Part shown: positions 1 through 9,217 of the stretch, in pieces
Layout: every line of letters starts with the position of its first letter
Numbering within the stretch: the first letter of the stretch is position 1
Origin: a virus
Strand: one strand, 5' to 3'
IMG/VR virus record: IMGVR_UViG_3300031616_000002
Length of the DNA stretch: 64,000 nt
The notes under the pieces: model-generated
Told to the model about the DNA's origin: nothing
The model's database searches: none
The model's input: only the letters and a program-made list of their open reading frames with translations
Program-made: the position numbers and the translations under genes

Positions 1-179
1 GCGTCGGCGCGACCGGAGGGGATGGAGCGGCCGGTCATTCGCAAGGCTGTGACGCTGTGCGCGATGCCGCAGTCCCCGGTGACCCCGATCTGCTACGAGC
101 ACATGTCCGTGACGACCCAGTCGCCGCTGTCCGTGCCGAATGGTGTGCGCCTGCCGCCGCCGCCGAAGGGAGTGCAGTG

Positions 180-548
180 ATGCCGAACACGGCGTTGCTT
201 CGGCGCACGATGTCCTTGGTGGAGTCGGCGACCTTCAGGGGCGAATGGAATCAGGGTCACTATCGCGTTCCGCGCGACGGCGGCGGGTGCGGGACAGCGC
301 TCTGCTTTGCGGGGTGGGCCGTCATCGCCGCCGGTGCGGAATTCGCGTCGGATGACCCGTCGTCGTGGCTCTACGGCTATGTCCGTGATGATCTCGGGGG
401 TGTCTGGGAGATCGCGGCCTGGGCGGCGCATGCCCTGGGGCTGCCTGTGTTCGCTGCCGGGGAGCTCTTCTGCGCCCAGAACACCCTGCAGGATCTCAGA
501 GATATCGTGGAGTACCACTGCAATGACGCCATCGAAGCCGTCGCCTGA
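180..548 (+). CDS. Phage hypothetical protein (CGTxxCFAGWA motif)
   Basis: ORF with ATG at 180; CGTALCFAGWA motif is typical of actinophage hypothetical proteins. Confidence 0.6.
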   Translation: MPNTALLRRTMSLVESATFRGEWNQGHYRVPRDGGGCGTALCFAGWAVIAAGAEFASDDPSSWLYGYVRDDLGGVWEIAAWAAHALGLPVFAAGELFCAQNTLQDLRDIVEYHCNDAIEAVA

Positions 549-564
549 CGCCGGGGAGGAAAGG

Positions 565-756
565 GTGTTGATCTACACCAGGGTTGAGGAGTTCTGCACG
601 CACCGCCGGGGCGATGTCCTCGGCATGGGCCCGAACCCGCGCTGCGGGGAGCGTGCGGTAGTCAAGCGCAACGGCATGCGCCGCTGCGACAATCACCGGG
701 GTGACCTCGACCCGCGCACTTGGCCGGAGGTCATCGGAAGGTATTGCGACGAGTGA
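565..756 (+). CDS. Small hypothetical protein
   Basis: GGAGG RBS upstream of GTG; stop overlaps next start. Confidence 0.5.
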   Translation: MLIYTRVEEFCTHRRGDVLGMGPNPRCGERAVVKRNGMRRCDNHRGDLDPRTWPEVIGRYCDE

Positions 757-962
757 TGGGGATCAAACCACCGGGTGGACTGACCTGGACCTATCGCTGG
801 CACTACGTCAATGAGGGGAATGCCGGGTTTACGCGCGGCATCAGCTTTTGGCCTCGTAATTGGCTGGAGCTGGGCCGTGCCCGGGGCACCTTCGATACCA
901 ACGAGCACATCTTCGTCAATATCGGCCGCCTTCAAGTGAGTTGGGGTATCAAGCAGAAGTGA
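756..962 (+). CDS. Small hypothetical protein
   Basis: TGATG coupling at both ends. Confidence 0.5.
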   Translation: MGIKPPGGLTWTYRWHYVNEGNAGFTRGISFWPRNWLELGRARGTFDTNEHIFVNIGRLQVSWGIKQK

Positions 963-1285
963 GCTTTGCCAAGCTCGTACGCAACAAGGTTCCTGATCTG
1001 CTCCGAAACGGCGGGGCCAACCCGGTGACTCATCGGGCTGGCCCCGCCGAACGGCGTTTGAGGCTCTACGAGAGGCTGCGCGAGGAGGTGGGCAGCTTCC
1101 TCGCCAAGGACTCGGACATCTTCGCCATCGACGAGCTGGCAGACGTTCAGGAAGTCATCCGTGCGCTGTGCGCCGCCCACGGTGCCACCCTCAAAGAGCT
1201 GGAGCAACGGCGCGTGGCCAAGTCGAAGAGCCACGGCACCTTCAGCGAATGGATCGTGTGGACCGGTGATGGGGGAGGCGTCTAG
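959..1285 (+). CDS. MazG-superfamily (house-cleaning) NTP pyrophosphohydrolase
   Basis: KLVRNKVP N-terminus, LREEVGSF and DELADVQEVI acidic helices, RRVAKSKSHGTF C-terminus. Confidence 0.75.
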   Translation: MSFAKLVRNKVPDLLRNGGANPVTHRAGPAERRLRLYERLREEVGSFLAKDSDIFAIDELADVQEVIRALCAAHGATLKELEQRRVAKSKSHGTFSEWIVWTGDGGGV

Positions 1286-1430
1286 TGCACGAGTTCTTTC
1301 GTTGGTATGACACATGGCGCTGCAAGTGGTGCCTCGCGCGCGGCGATGCAACGAGTACTGTCATCTGCCATCAGCGCACCGGCCCCCGGCGCCGCCGGAA
1401 AACAACTCCAAAGTAGTCCACTGTGACGCC

Positions 1431-1459
1431 TTGCGTGTCATGTCCCGTAGTGTTAGCTT
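1431..1459 (+). promoter_or_regulatory. Putative sigma70/HrdB-type promoter
   Basis: TTGCGT-N17-TAGCTT in intergenic gap, followed by short AGAAGCACC direct repeats. Confidence 0.4.
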
Positions 1460-1558
1460 GTAGAAGCACCACTAGAAGCACCCCCAGAAACGCCCCACTG
1501 GTAGCTGGTCTTCATCCCCCCGTCGGCCGCTACCAGTGGGGTCCCCCCAGGAGCCGAT

Positions 1559-1756
1559 GTGAGCCCCTCCCCTGAAGAGTTCTGCTCCAGCTGCGGGAAG
1601 GTCAAGTACGCCACCCGCAAGGAAGCGCGCGAGCGCCTGCGCTTCCGCAGCATCGAGGGAGGGCAGGAGACCACCGTCTTCCCGTGCCCCGTCTCTCCCA
1701 CCTTCCATCTCGGCCAGAAGCCGCGCCGGGGTGGCCAGCGCAAGCCGCGCAGATAG
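1559..1756 (+). CDS. Small basic putative zinc-binding protein
   Basis: CSSCGKVKYATRKEA...CPVSPTFH. Confidence 0.55.
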   Translation: MSPSPEEFCSSCGKVKYATRKEARERLRFRSIEGGQETTVFPCPVSPTFHLGQKPRRGGQRKPRR

Positions 1757-1771
1757 ACACAGGAGACATGC

Positions 1772-2359
1772 ATGCCGATCACTCTCACCAAGGCCGACGG
1801 CGCCGCTGACCTCACCGGCATCACCGATCTGGCCGTGGGCCTCAGCTGGGATGCCACCGGCGGCTCGTCCGGCGGCGTGATGGGGAAGCTCAAGCGCAAG
1901 GTCGGTGTCGATCTCGACGCCTTCGGCATCCTCATGGCCGGAGCGGACCCGCTCCGCTATGTCGGACTGGACGTCACCGACGCCATGGACGACGGCAGTG
2001 TCACGCACAGCGGCGACAACCAGACCGGCAAGGGTTCGGGCGATGACGAGCTCATCTCGATGAAGCTCGACAAGATCCCGCCGCACATCGATCGCATCGT
2101 CTTCGTCGTCGCCGCCTACAAGAAGAACAGCGACTTCGACAAGGCCGCGAAGGTCAGCGTCAAGGTCTACGACAACACCGGCAGCACCCAGACCCAGGTC
2201 GCGGACATCTGGCCGAGCCTCATCGGCACCGGCAACGCCCTGGCCATCGCCAGGGCCGACCGCACCGCCACGGGCTGGACCCTCAGCGTTCTCAGCGAGC
2301 GCGGCCAGGTCGCCCAAGGCGACATCAAGTCACTGCTTCGTTGGGCGGCGAACCAGTGA
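1772..2359 (+). CDS. terD: TerD/TerZ-family stress protein
   Basis: VGLSWD, DLDA, HSGDNQTGKGSGDDE and IVFVV motifs; AGGAG RBS. Confidence 0.85.
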   Translation: MPITLTKADGAADLTGITDLAVGLSWDATGGSSGGVMGKLKRKVGVDLDAFGILMAGADPLRYVGLDVTDAMDDGSVTHSGDNQTGKGSGDDELISMKLDKIPPHIDRIVFVVAAYKKNSDFDKAAKVSVKVYDNTGSTQTQVADIWPSLIGTGNALAIARADRTATGWTLSVLSERGQVAQGDIKSLLRWAANQ

Positions 2360-2547
2360 CCCCTTTCATCCTGACCCGCAGAATGTCCGCCACGCCGCCG
2401 GTCGCGCCGCCGTATCCCGTCCATCGCTACGACCCGGAGCGCCAGTTCAATGTCACGCCGGACGGGCGCGCCCTCGTCGACCAGATCGAGATGTTCGGCG
2501 ACACCTACACCGTCAACTCCGATGGCACGAAGAAAGACCCCACGTGA
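2356..2547 (+). CDS. Graspetide (ATP-grasp RiPP) precursor peptide, TgmA-like
   Basis: 63 aa; PFIL leader start, YDPERQFNV motif, Thr/Ser/Lys/Asp-rich core DTYTVNSDGTKKDPT; coupled to the ATP-grasp gene. Confidence 0.75.
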   Translation: MTPFILTRRMSATPPVAPPYPVHRYDPERQFNVTPDGRALVDQIEMFGDTYTVNSDGTKKDPT

Positions 2548-3470
2548 TGAGAACCAGCACGGTCATCGTCACCAATGACGGCGACCTGACGGCCGACTCC
2601 GTGGTCCGGCACATGGATCCCGACACCGTCATCAGGCTTGATCCAGCCGACCTGCACACCGACTACATCATCACCGCCTCGCTCGATGCGGAGGGCGGCT
2701 GGCGCACCATTATCGAAACCCCGCATCGCGCCATCGAGGTCGGGCCTGGAACCTCCGTATGGTGGCGCAAGCCGACCATGCCCGAGGGCATCCAGGACGA
2801 TGACGAGGCCTGGGTCGCGGATGAGAACCAGGCAGCGCTGCTCGGCCTGCTCCGCGCCGCCCGGGTCCGCGTCTGGGTCAACGATCCCGACACGGCCGCC
2901 AGGGCGGGCCTCAAGGCACCGCAGCTTACCCTGGCCCGCAGGCTCGGCCTGAACACCCCCGAGACCCTCCTCACCAACGATCCCCTCGCCGCAGCGAAGT
3001 TCGTCCAGCGCTACCAGGATGTGGTCGTCAAGGCGATGCGGCAGAAGCGCACCCTCTTCATCCCCACCACGACGGTGCTGCCCGGCGCCGACCTGTCCGA
3101 TGTCGCCGGGGCGATGCACCAGTTCCAGCGCCGCATCGACAAGGCGTGGGATGCGCGGATCGTCGCGATCGGCGAGCGGCTCTTCCCTGTGAAGATCGTC
3201 GCCCCCGGGCTGGATGTCCGCACGGCGCGGCGTGAGGACCAGAGCTACAGCGCGATAGCGGCACCCGGCCATGTCGCGAAAGCGCTCCGGACCTACATGC
3301 GCGAGGAGCGGCTCGCGTACTGCGCCTTCGACTTCGTCGGCGACGCGGCCGGGGCGTGGTACTTCCTCGAAGCCAATCCGGGCGGCGAGTTCCTCTACCT
3401 CCAGGAGGCGACGGGCATGGCCATGGCCAGGGCCATGGCGGAGTACCTGCATCAGCGACCGGCCTGGTAG
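2544..3470 (+). CDS. ATP-grasp ribosomal peptide maturase (TgmB/SAV_5884-like)
   Basis: DLTAD, SVWWRKP, WVNDP, KAPQL..A..LGL.TPETLLTND, FQRRIDKAWDARI, AFDF and FLEANPGGEF motifs. Confidence 0.9.
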   Translation: MMRTSTVIVTNDGDLTADSVVRHMDPDTVIRLDPADLHTDYIITASLDAEGGWRTIIETPHRAIEVGPGTSVWWRKPTMPEGIQDDDEAWVADENQAALLGLLRAARVRVWVNDPDTAARAGLKAPQLTLARRLGLNTPETLLTNDPLAAAKFVQRYQDVVVKAMRQKRTLFIPTTTVLPGADLSDVAGAMHQFQRRIDKAWDARIVAIGERLFPVKIVAPGLDVRTARREDQSYSAIAAPGHVAKALRTYMREERLAYCAFDFVGDAAGAWYFLEANPGGEFLYLQEATGMAMARAMAEYLHQRPAW

Positions 3471-3479
3471 CCGGGCCTT

Positions 3480-3533
3480 AGCCAAGCGAGGCCGCCGGGC
3501 CGTAGCCAAGCGAGCGAACAGAAGGAAACGACC
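3480..3533 (+). promoter_or_regulatory. Start-associated motif CAAGCGAGCGAAC (also near 4005, 4537, and on the minus strand near 52845)
   Basis: Same 12-13 nt motif sits just upstream of the RBS of four genes. Confidence 0.6.
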
Positions 3534-3992
3534 ATGTTCATCACCCTGCAATTGCTGGAAGAGAAGCGGGCCTGCCTGGAACAGCGGGGGCTGTTCCAGA
3601 CGCACTTCCCGGACGGGTTCGAGGTCACCGTCGAGGCCTGCGTCGCGGTCGCGGGCGTCTTCGACTGGGGCTGGGCGGCCGAAGTGCTGCTGCCCTACGG
3701 GGGATACGACCTCTACATGGAAGCCTACTTGGCGGCTTCGAAGGTCTATCACCCCATCGTCGAGGCGGCCTGGGAGACCTTCTATGCGGCCTGTGAGGCC
3801 AAGCAGCGGGAGTTGTCCGACTGGGATGGCGCCGACCACGAGGCCTACTCGGTGTGGCGGTACGAGCCTCGGCGCGTGCGCACCGAAGCCGCGAATGCCG
3901 CCCTGGCGGTCCTGAAGAAGGCTCAGGCAACCGCCTTCGCCACCCAGGCCATGCTGGTCCCGACCCAGGACTCGGCACCCGCACGGCCGTAG
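3534..3992 (+). CDS. Hypothetical protein, tandem paralog 1
   Basis: MFITLQLLEEKRAC...; closely similar to 4033..4497. Confidence 0.75.
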   Translation: MFITLQLLEEKRACLEQRGLFQTHFPDGFEVTVEACVAVAGVFDWGWAAEVLLPYGGYDLYMEAYLAASKVYHPIVEAAWETFYAACEAKQRELSDWDGADHEAYSVWRYEPRRVRTEAANAALAVLKKAQATAFATQAMLVPTQDSAPARP

Positions 3993-4032
3993 CTACCTGT
4001 ATCACCAAGCGAGCGAACGGAAGGAAACGATC

Positions 4033-4497
4033 ATGTTCATCACCCTGGAGTTGCTGGAAGAGAAGGACGCCTGCACCACGCAGCGCAAGCTGTTCCAGTC
4101 GCACTTCCCGAACGGCGTCGAGGTCACCGTCGAGGCCTGCGTCGCGGTCGCGGGCATCTTCGACTGGAGCTGGGCGGCCGAGTACCTGCTGCCCTACGGA
4201 GGGAACAGCGCCTTCGAGGACGCCTTTGCGGAGGCGGAGAAGGTCTACTACGACACCACCGATGCGACCTGGGAGGCCTACGAGGCGGCCATCGCCGCCA
4301 AGCAGCTGGAGCTGCCCGCCTGGGATGGCGCCGACCGCTTGACCTACGAGGCGTGGCAGCGCGAGACCAGCCGGGTTCACACCGAGACCAGGGACGCCGC
4401 CAAGGTGGTCCTGGAGCGGGCTCAGGCGACCGCCTTCGCCACCCAGGCCATGCTGGTCCCGACCCGGGACCCGGCGCCCGCACAGCCGCAGCCGTAG
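4033..4497 (+). CDS. Hypothetical protein, tandem paralog 2
   Basis: Shares long identical blocks (VEVTVEACVAVAG, AQATAFATQAMLVPT) with 3534..3992. Confidence 0.75.
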   Translation: MFITLELLEEKDACTTQRKLFQSHFPNGVEVTVEACVAVAGIFDWSWAAEYLLPYGGNSAFEDAFAEAEKVYYDTTDATWEAYEAAIAAKQLELPAWDGADRLTYEAWQRETSRVHTETRDAAKVVLERAQATAFATQAMLVPTRDPAPAQPQP

Positions 4498-4564
4498 CTG
4501 CACCTGCACCACCAAGCGAGGCCACTAGGCCTCAGTCAAGCGAGCGAACAGAAAGATCACGGAC

Positions 4565-5602
4565 ATGACCACACCCGCTCCCGGGGACTCAAAGTTCCGT
4601 CTCCCGAGCAAGCCCACCAAGATGATCCTCACCCCCGCCATCGCGGCCGACTGGCTGGAGTACCGCAACAGCCCCGAACGGAACCGGCGCATCAGCGAGC
4701 GGATCGCCTTCCGCTACGCCGCACTCATGCAGCGGCCGGGCGGCTGGCGCGAAACCCACCAGGGCATCGCGTTCGACACCGACGGGTGGGTCACCGACGG
4801 CCAGACCCGCCTGCTGGCCCTCAAGGTGGCTGGGGCCGTGCTGCTGCCGCAGCCCGACGAGGTCATCGGTGCGCTCATCCCCCAGAACGGATCGCCGCTG
4901 ACCAAGGAAGGCCAGCCCGTCCACTTCTGGGTGCACCCGAGTGAGGCACGCGACGTCTTCGATGTCCTGGACACCGGGCGCCGCCGCAGCGCGGCACAGC
5001 TGCTGCACAAGGCGCACCCGACCACGACCGCCGGTGCCGTGCGCTTCCTCGTCATCGCGGACCGGCGCTACACCGCGAACAACCCGCGCGAGGCCCGCAA
5101 CGTCGCCATGGACAACACGGAGATCCTCACGTACGTGCGCGAGTACGGCGACGACCTGGACTGGGCCGTCCACGAGGCCACCAAGGTCAGCAGCAAGACC
5201 GGGATCCCGGCGTCCGCGCACGCGGCCGTGCTCTTCCAGGCGCGCCGCAGCCCATACCGGGACCTGCTCGCGGACTGGCTCGTCGGCCTGGAGACCGGGG
5301 CGGTCGGGTTCAACCGGGACGACGCACGCCTGCGCCTGCGGGAAGCCTTCGGTACGCCCCAGAAGCGGGCCTCGTCCTCGCGGACCCGATCCACGCCCTA
5401 CGCCCTGATCGTCAAGGCCTGGACCCGGTACACGGACCGCAAGTCGGTGGCGCAGCTCATGTGGCGCGGCGACGAGCAGATCCCGGAGGTCCCCGGCTTC
5501 ACGCCGACCGGCAGTGCACCCAAGGCCGAGCCCAAGCCGAAGCCGGGAAGTGACGACACGCAGGTTCCCGGCTTCCGCACACCGAGGAACAGCACCAAGT
5601 AG
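4565..5602 (+). CDS. ParB-like/DGQHR-type N-terminal domain protein
   Basis: NRRIS..Y...M..GGW.ETHQGIAFD.DG...DGQTRLLAL motif. Confidence 0.65.
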   Translation: MTTPAPGDSKFRLPSKPTKMILTPAIAADWLEYRNSPERNRRISERIAFRYAALMQRPGGWRETHQGIAFDTDGWVTDGQTRLLALKVAGAVLLPQPDEVIGALIPQNGSPLTKEGQPVHFWVHPSEARDVFDVLDTGRRRSAAQLLHKAHPTTTAGAVRFLVIADRRYTANNPREARNVAMDNTEILTYVREYGDDLDWAVHEATKVSSKTGIPASAHAAVLFQARRSPYRDLLADWLVGLETGAVGFNRDDARLRLREAFGTPQKRASSSRTRSTPYALIVKAWTRYTDRKSVAQLMWRGDEQIPEVPGFTPTGSAPKAEPKPKPGSDDTQVPGFRTPRNSTK

Positions 5603-5666
5603 GACGAGTACTGGAAGGCGCGTCGCTATCGGCGACGCGCCTCCACCCCCCGATCGTGAGGCAGCA

Positions 5667-5885
5667 ATGTCTTTTTCGGTTATCTGGTACCGCTGTGTCA
5701 GCGAAGAGCCATATGATAGCAACACCACGGTGACGCACCACCCGACACTGCTAGAAGCATTCGGTAGCGTTATCGCACAGGTCGGCGAAGCGGCTATGCT
5801 GCACGCCATGAAGGAACTGCAATACCATGTCTGCTGGATCACCGACGACTTCGGGTTCGAAGTCTGCGAAGGATGGGTGAGTTGA
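5667..5885 (+). CDS. Hypothetical protein
   Basis: GAGG RBS; ORF fits the gap. Confidence 0.45.
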   Translation: MSFSVIWYRCVSEEPYDSNTTVTHHPTLLEAFGSVIAQVGEAAMLHAMKELQYHVCWITDDFGFEVCEGWVS

Positions 5886-5897
5886 TATGGGCGGCCC

Positions 5898-6593
5898 GTG
5901 AGCAAGATCTCGCGCGACCTCATGAATCGCTTCAATGAGATGTGGGAACTTGATGCGGCTGGCTGTCATATCTGGAAAGCCGCGAAAGGCGGTTCCGGCT
6001 ACGGCGAATTTAGCCTCGGCAGTTACTATCAGGATGGAAAGCGCAAGACCCCATACGCTCATCGTTGGCTGTTTCAGCAAGTCCATGGCTGGTCAGATGA
6101 GCAGATGCCACCGTGTGTGTGTCATTCCTGCGACATCCCTGCATGCGTGAATGAGTGGCACCTCTTCCCTGGTACGCATAAAGACAACATGGATGACATG
6201 GCGACAAAGGGGCGCACGCCGGACCGACGTGGAAAGAAGGGTCCAAATGCCAGACTGACCGAGGAGGAGGTGCTCTCGGTTTACTTTAGTATTTGCAAGG
6301 CTTCGGAAATAGCCGAACTGTATGGAATCACTGTTGACCATGTATATGGCATTCGCAGAGGTAGGTCCTGGAAACATCTGACAGGAGGTCTACCGCAGAT
6401 TGAGAGAAAACATCGTAACGTTAAATTGACCGAACAGGAAGTGCTTTCTATCTACGCTAGTCGCCTTACGCGTACTACGAACGATGAACTGGCTAGACAG
6501 TATGGCGTAGATAGTTCAGAAATCAGTCGCATCCGCAGTGGCAAAACCTGGAAGCGACTTACCGCTGAGGTACCCACGAAAGGAAAGCCATGA
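5898..6593 (+). CDS. HNH homing endonuclease with two C-terminal HTH repeats
   Basis: CHIW..GYG, YAHR, VCHSCDIPACVNEWHLFPGTHKDNMDDM; repeated LTE.EV...I..G..WK.L; visibly lower GC than neighbours. Confidence 0.88.
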   Translation: MSKISRDLMNRFNEMWELDAAGCHIWKAAKGGSGYGEFSLGSYYQDGKRKTPYAHRWLFQQVHGWSDEQMPPCVCHSCDIPACVNEWHLFPGTHKDNMDDMATKGRTPDRRGKKGPNARLTEEEVLSVYFSICKASEIAELYGITVDHVYGIRRGRSWKHLTGGLPQIERKHRNVKLTEQEVLSIYASRLTRTTNDELARQYGVDSSEISRIRSGKTWKRLTAEVPTKGKP

Positions 6594-6832
6594 GTGCTTT
6601 TCCCCGCAATGCAGCACGGCGCATCGCGCACCCGCTGAAGCGCGTGCGTGAGCACGGCGAGTTGGTCTGGAGCGTGTATTCGACCCCGATCTGGGTCCAC
6701 GAGCACACCAACCCGCGCCACCGCGAGCCTTACGTGAAGCGGGAGAACCGGCAGAAGCTGGCCGACCGGAGCGTCACTGTGCACCGCGTCGTGGCTCCCT
6801 GGGTCCGCGCGAAGAGCAGGAACACGCGATGA
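6590..6832 (+). CDS. Hypothetical protein
   Basis: ATGA overlap coupling. Confidence 0.5.
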   Translation: MSAFPRNAARRIAHPLKRVREHGELVWSVYSTPIWVHEHTNPRHREPYVKRENRQKLADRSVTVHRVVAPWVRAKSRNTR

Positions 6833-7029
6833 GCGACAGCACCGAGCTGCACCGCATGCTGCACGAGAACGCCCTGCGTGAGCGTGCGGTGGCGGCGAGG
6901 GCGGCGGCGCAGGCCATCATCGACGAGATCGACGGCCGGTCCGGTGTCCCGGCGCCGGTCGGCGATATCGACTCGCAGCGCCTCAACGCGACTGACGGGA
7001 TTCCGACGGAAAGAGGATTGCGCCGATGA
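6829..7029 (+). CDS. Hypothetical protein
   Basis: ATGA overlap coupling. Confidence 0.5.
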   Translation: MSDSTELHRMLHENALRERAVAARAAAQAIIDEIDGRSGVPAPVGDIDSQRLNATDGIPTERGLRR

Positions 7030-7544
7030 ACATCACTATCAGCGAGGATCGTCGGCGGCACGGCCGTCATCTCGCGGTGCCCGCGATCTACGCCTTCATC
7101 GTTGTCACCGTCACCATGCAGTGGCTTCCGGAGATGCCGCGCATCGTCAACCTGCTCATGTTCGCGGCCTTGATGGGGCTTTTCTATGCCTACATGCAGC
7201 ACGACCGGGAGCTGTGCGACCGGTGCATGGCGAAGATGCCGCTGGATCCCGACGCGGCGGTGCGCCGCAATCGGCGCCTCCTCAAGGCGCGACACCATCC
7301 GCTCTGGGTCCTCGGCCCGATGGTGGCCCTGGTGGTGACCGAGGATCTGCTTCCCTACCAGTCCTGGGAGGAGAAGGTCGCTGGCACGCTCGTCAACGCG
7401 GTCTTCGCGATCTTCATCACCGTCGCCACGCGGCATCAGCACCTGCAGCCCTGGTGCCCGTGGTGCAGGGGCGGCGGCGGCGATGACGATGCTCTCGCGC
7501 CGGTCGCACCGCCCAACGATCGCATCCCCTCCCCGACCGCATAG
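7026..7544 (+). CDS. Membrane protein
   Basis: About four hydrophobic segments, C-terminal CPWC. Confidence 0.6.
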   Translation: MNITISEDRRRHGRHLAVPAIYAFIVVTVTMQWLPEMPRIVNLLMFAALMGLFYAYMQHDRELCDRCMAKMPLDPDAAVRRNRRLLKARHHPLWVLGPMVALVVTEDLLPYQSWEEKVAGTLVNAVFAIFITVATRHQHLQPWCPWCRGGGGDDDALAPVAPPNDRIPSPTA

Positions 7545-7557
7545 AAAGAAGGACAGC

Positions 7558-8082
7558 ATGTCCGACAGCAAAGTCACGCGCCTCGGTACCGGCTCCAGCA
7601 TCATCCTGGGTCCCCGTGTCAGCCGTGCCATCTACGGCGCACTCATTGGCGAGTGGCCCGTGCCGCTCAGCAGCGATGTGCAGGCCGTCCTCGTCGAGGA
7701 CACCGCCGTCGTCGCGGCCTTCCTGGGCACCGAGGATCAGATAGATGAGCTGGTGCGCGTCAACGAGGAGCTTCGCAAGGCCGGGATCGAGTTTCCGCTC
7801 GGTGCGCGCGGCGTCCATGACCTCGCGTTGATCGTCGCGGGCTATGGCGAGGATATCGACGGCATCCTCGCCGACGCGGGCCTGCCCTATGCCGCGCGCG
7901 GCATCGAGGGTCTCCGGGCGCTGGTGACCTCCTACGCTGCGGCCCGCGCCGAGGTGCAGCGCCTGGACGGCGAGGTGAAGCAGTTGCGTACGGAGCTCTA
8001 TCAGGCCCGGCGCGATACCGACGGGCAGGGCTACGACGTCGAGCAGACCATCCGGCAGCCGATCTACCAGATCGAGGAGTGA
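7558..8082 (+). CDS. Hypothetical protein with C-terminal coiled coil
   Basis: AAGGA RBS; high GC3 codon pattern. Confidence 0.55.
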   Translation: MSDSKVTRLGTGSSIILGPRVSRAIYGALIGEWPVPLSSDVQAVLVEDTAVVAAFLGTEDQIDELVRVNEELRKAGIEFPLGARGVHDLALIVAGYGEDIDGILADAGLPYAARGIEGLRALVTSYAAARAEVQRLDGEVKQLRTELYQARRDTDGQGYDVEQTIRQPIYQIEE

Positions 8083-8438
8083 CGATGACGCTCGCCTCGA
8101 TCGAATTCCTCATCACGTCGGTGCTGCTGCTGGCCGTCGTCGCCACCAATGCCGTGATCATGGCCCGCCTGATGCGCCACAACGAGCACCTGAAGGGCCT
8201 CCTCTCTGCGGCGCAGCGCGGCGGCGACGCGCGTGATTTCTGGAGCCATAAGTGCGTGCACTGCGGGAGAATCATGCGCGATTCGGCGAAGGCGATCTCC
8301 GAGTACACCACGCCGAAGGGCGGAGTCGTCACGGCAGTATTCCACTCCGGCCGGACGAAGTGCTATCTCGACTTCCTCGACTATGACGTCAAGGCCAAGG
8401 CCATTGTCGCGTCGTGGGGTAGCGAGGGGGAGTCGTGA
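8079..8438 (+). CDS. Hypothetical protein with N-terminal TM segment and CxxC
   Basis: Hydrophobic N-terminus, CVHC. Confidence 0.5.
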   Translation: MTMTLASIEFLITSVLLLAVVATNAVIMARLMRHNEHLKGLLSAAQRGGDARDFWSHKCVHCGRIMRDSAKAISEYTTPKGGVVTAVFHSGRTKCYLDFLDYDVKAKAIVASWGSEGES

Positions 8439-8773
8439 TGGACATGGAGCTCGCTCTCGTCGTCAGGCGCATGCGCGGCTATGTCGGTGCGCATCACGCC
8501 TACGGCATCAGCTATCCCGGCCTCGGTGCCGATCTGGAGCGTGTCCTGGAGCAGCACGCCACCGACGCGGAGCGCATCGCGACCTTGAGTGCTTCGGTGG
8601 ACCGTCTGCACAGCGTCATCAAGGCCGTCCTGGACCAGGCCGGGGGGTGGGCGGACCTCGCTCCGCCGGACGACTGGGGCGAAGGTCCGCACGATGCTGT
8701 GCTATCCGATGCCGGTCGCGCTATCCAGAGGATTGTCAAAGACACCTACAAGGAGGCTTCGCATGGAAGTTGA
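8435..8773 (+). CDS. Hypothetical protein
   Basis: Coupled ORF with RBS. Confidence 0.5.
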   Translation: MMDMELALVVRRMRGYVGAHHAYGISYPGLGADLERVLEQHATDAERIATLSASVDRLHSVIKAVLDQAGGWADLAPPDDWGEGPHDAVLSDAGRAIQRIVKDTYKEASHGS

Positions 8774-8951
8774 CACGCCGTTCCCGGAATTCCTCACTCC
8801 CGCCGAAGTCGCTGCGGGGTTGCGCACCAGCACCATGACGATCTACCGGCACCTGCACAGCAACCGCATCTCGTATGTGCGGATCGGCAGGCATTTCCGG
8901 ATCACCAAGAGCGAGTTCGACCGTCTGCTACGAGAAGGGGTAACACTGTGA
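8763..8951 (+). CDS. Excisionase-family/MerR-like HTH DNA-binding protein
   Basis: FLTPAEVAAGLRTSTMTIYR...YVRIGRHFRIT..EF..LL. Confidence 0.8.
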   Translation: MEVDTPFPEFLTPAEVAAGLRTSTMTIYRHLHSNRISYVRIGRHFRITKSEFDRLLREGVTL

Positions 8952-9217
8952 CGACCAGAGGAGACATCGCCGCCGCGCTTCAGGCGGTCCTGGACGATCC
9001 GGCGCTCATCGAGGCCGGTCGCCTTGAGGTCGAGGACGCGCTCGTTGAGTTCCCCGACAGCGCCATGTGGGAGGGATTCCACAACAACGGCCTGACCATC
9101 AAGAACAGGGACGGCAGCCCGTCGGAGATCATTCGCATGGGTCCCGCGATGGGCATCGGGATAGCCCTGCGCGGCATCATCAAGAAGCTGGAGGTGGCCG
9201 ATGGCATCGAAGAATAG
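8948..9217 (+). CDS. Hypothetical protein
   Basis: Coupled ORF. Confidence 0.5.
   Translation: MTTRGDIAAALQAVLDDPALIEAGRLEVEDALVEFPDSAMWEGFHNNGLTIKNRDGSPSEIIRMGPAMGIGIALRGIIKKLEVADGIEE

Noticed and set aside
8763-8951. bldC call or evidence of an integration module
   Set aside because: Generic excisionase-family HTH; lacks the BldC-specific sequence and no integrase is in the window
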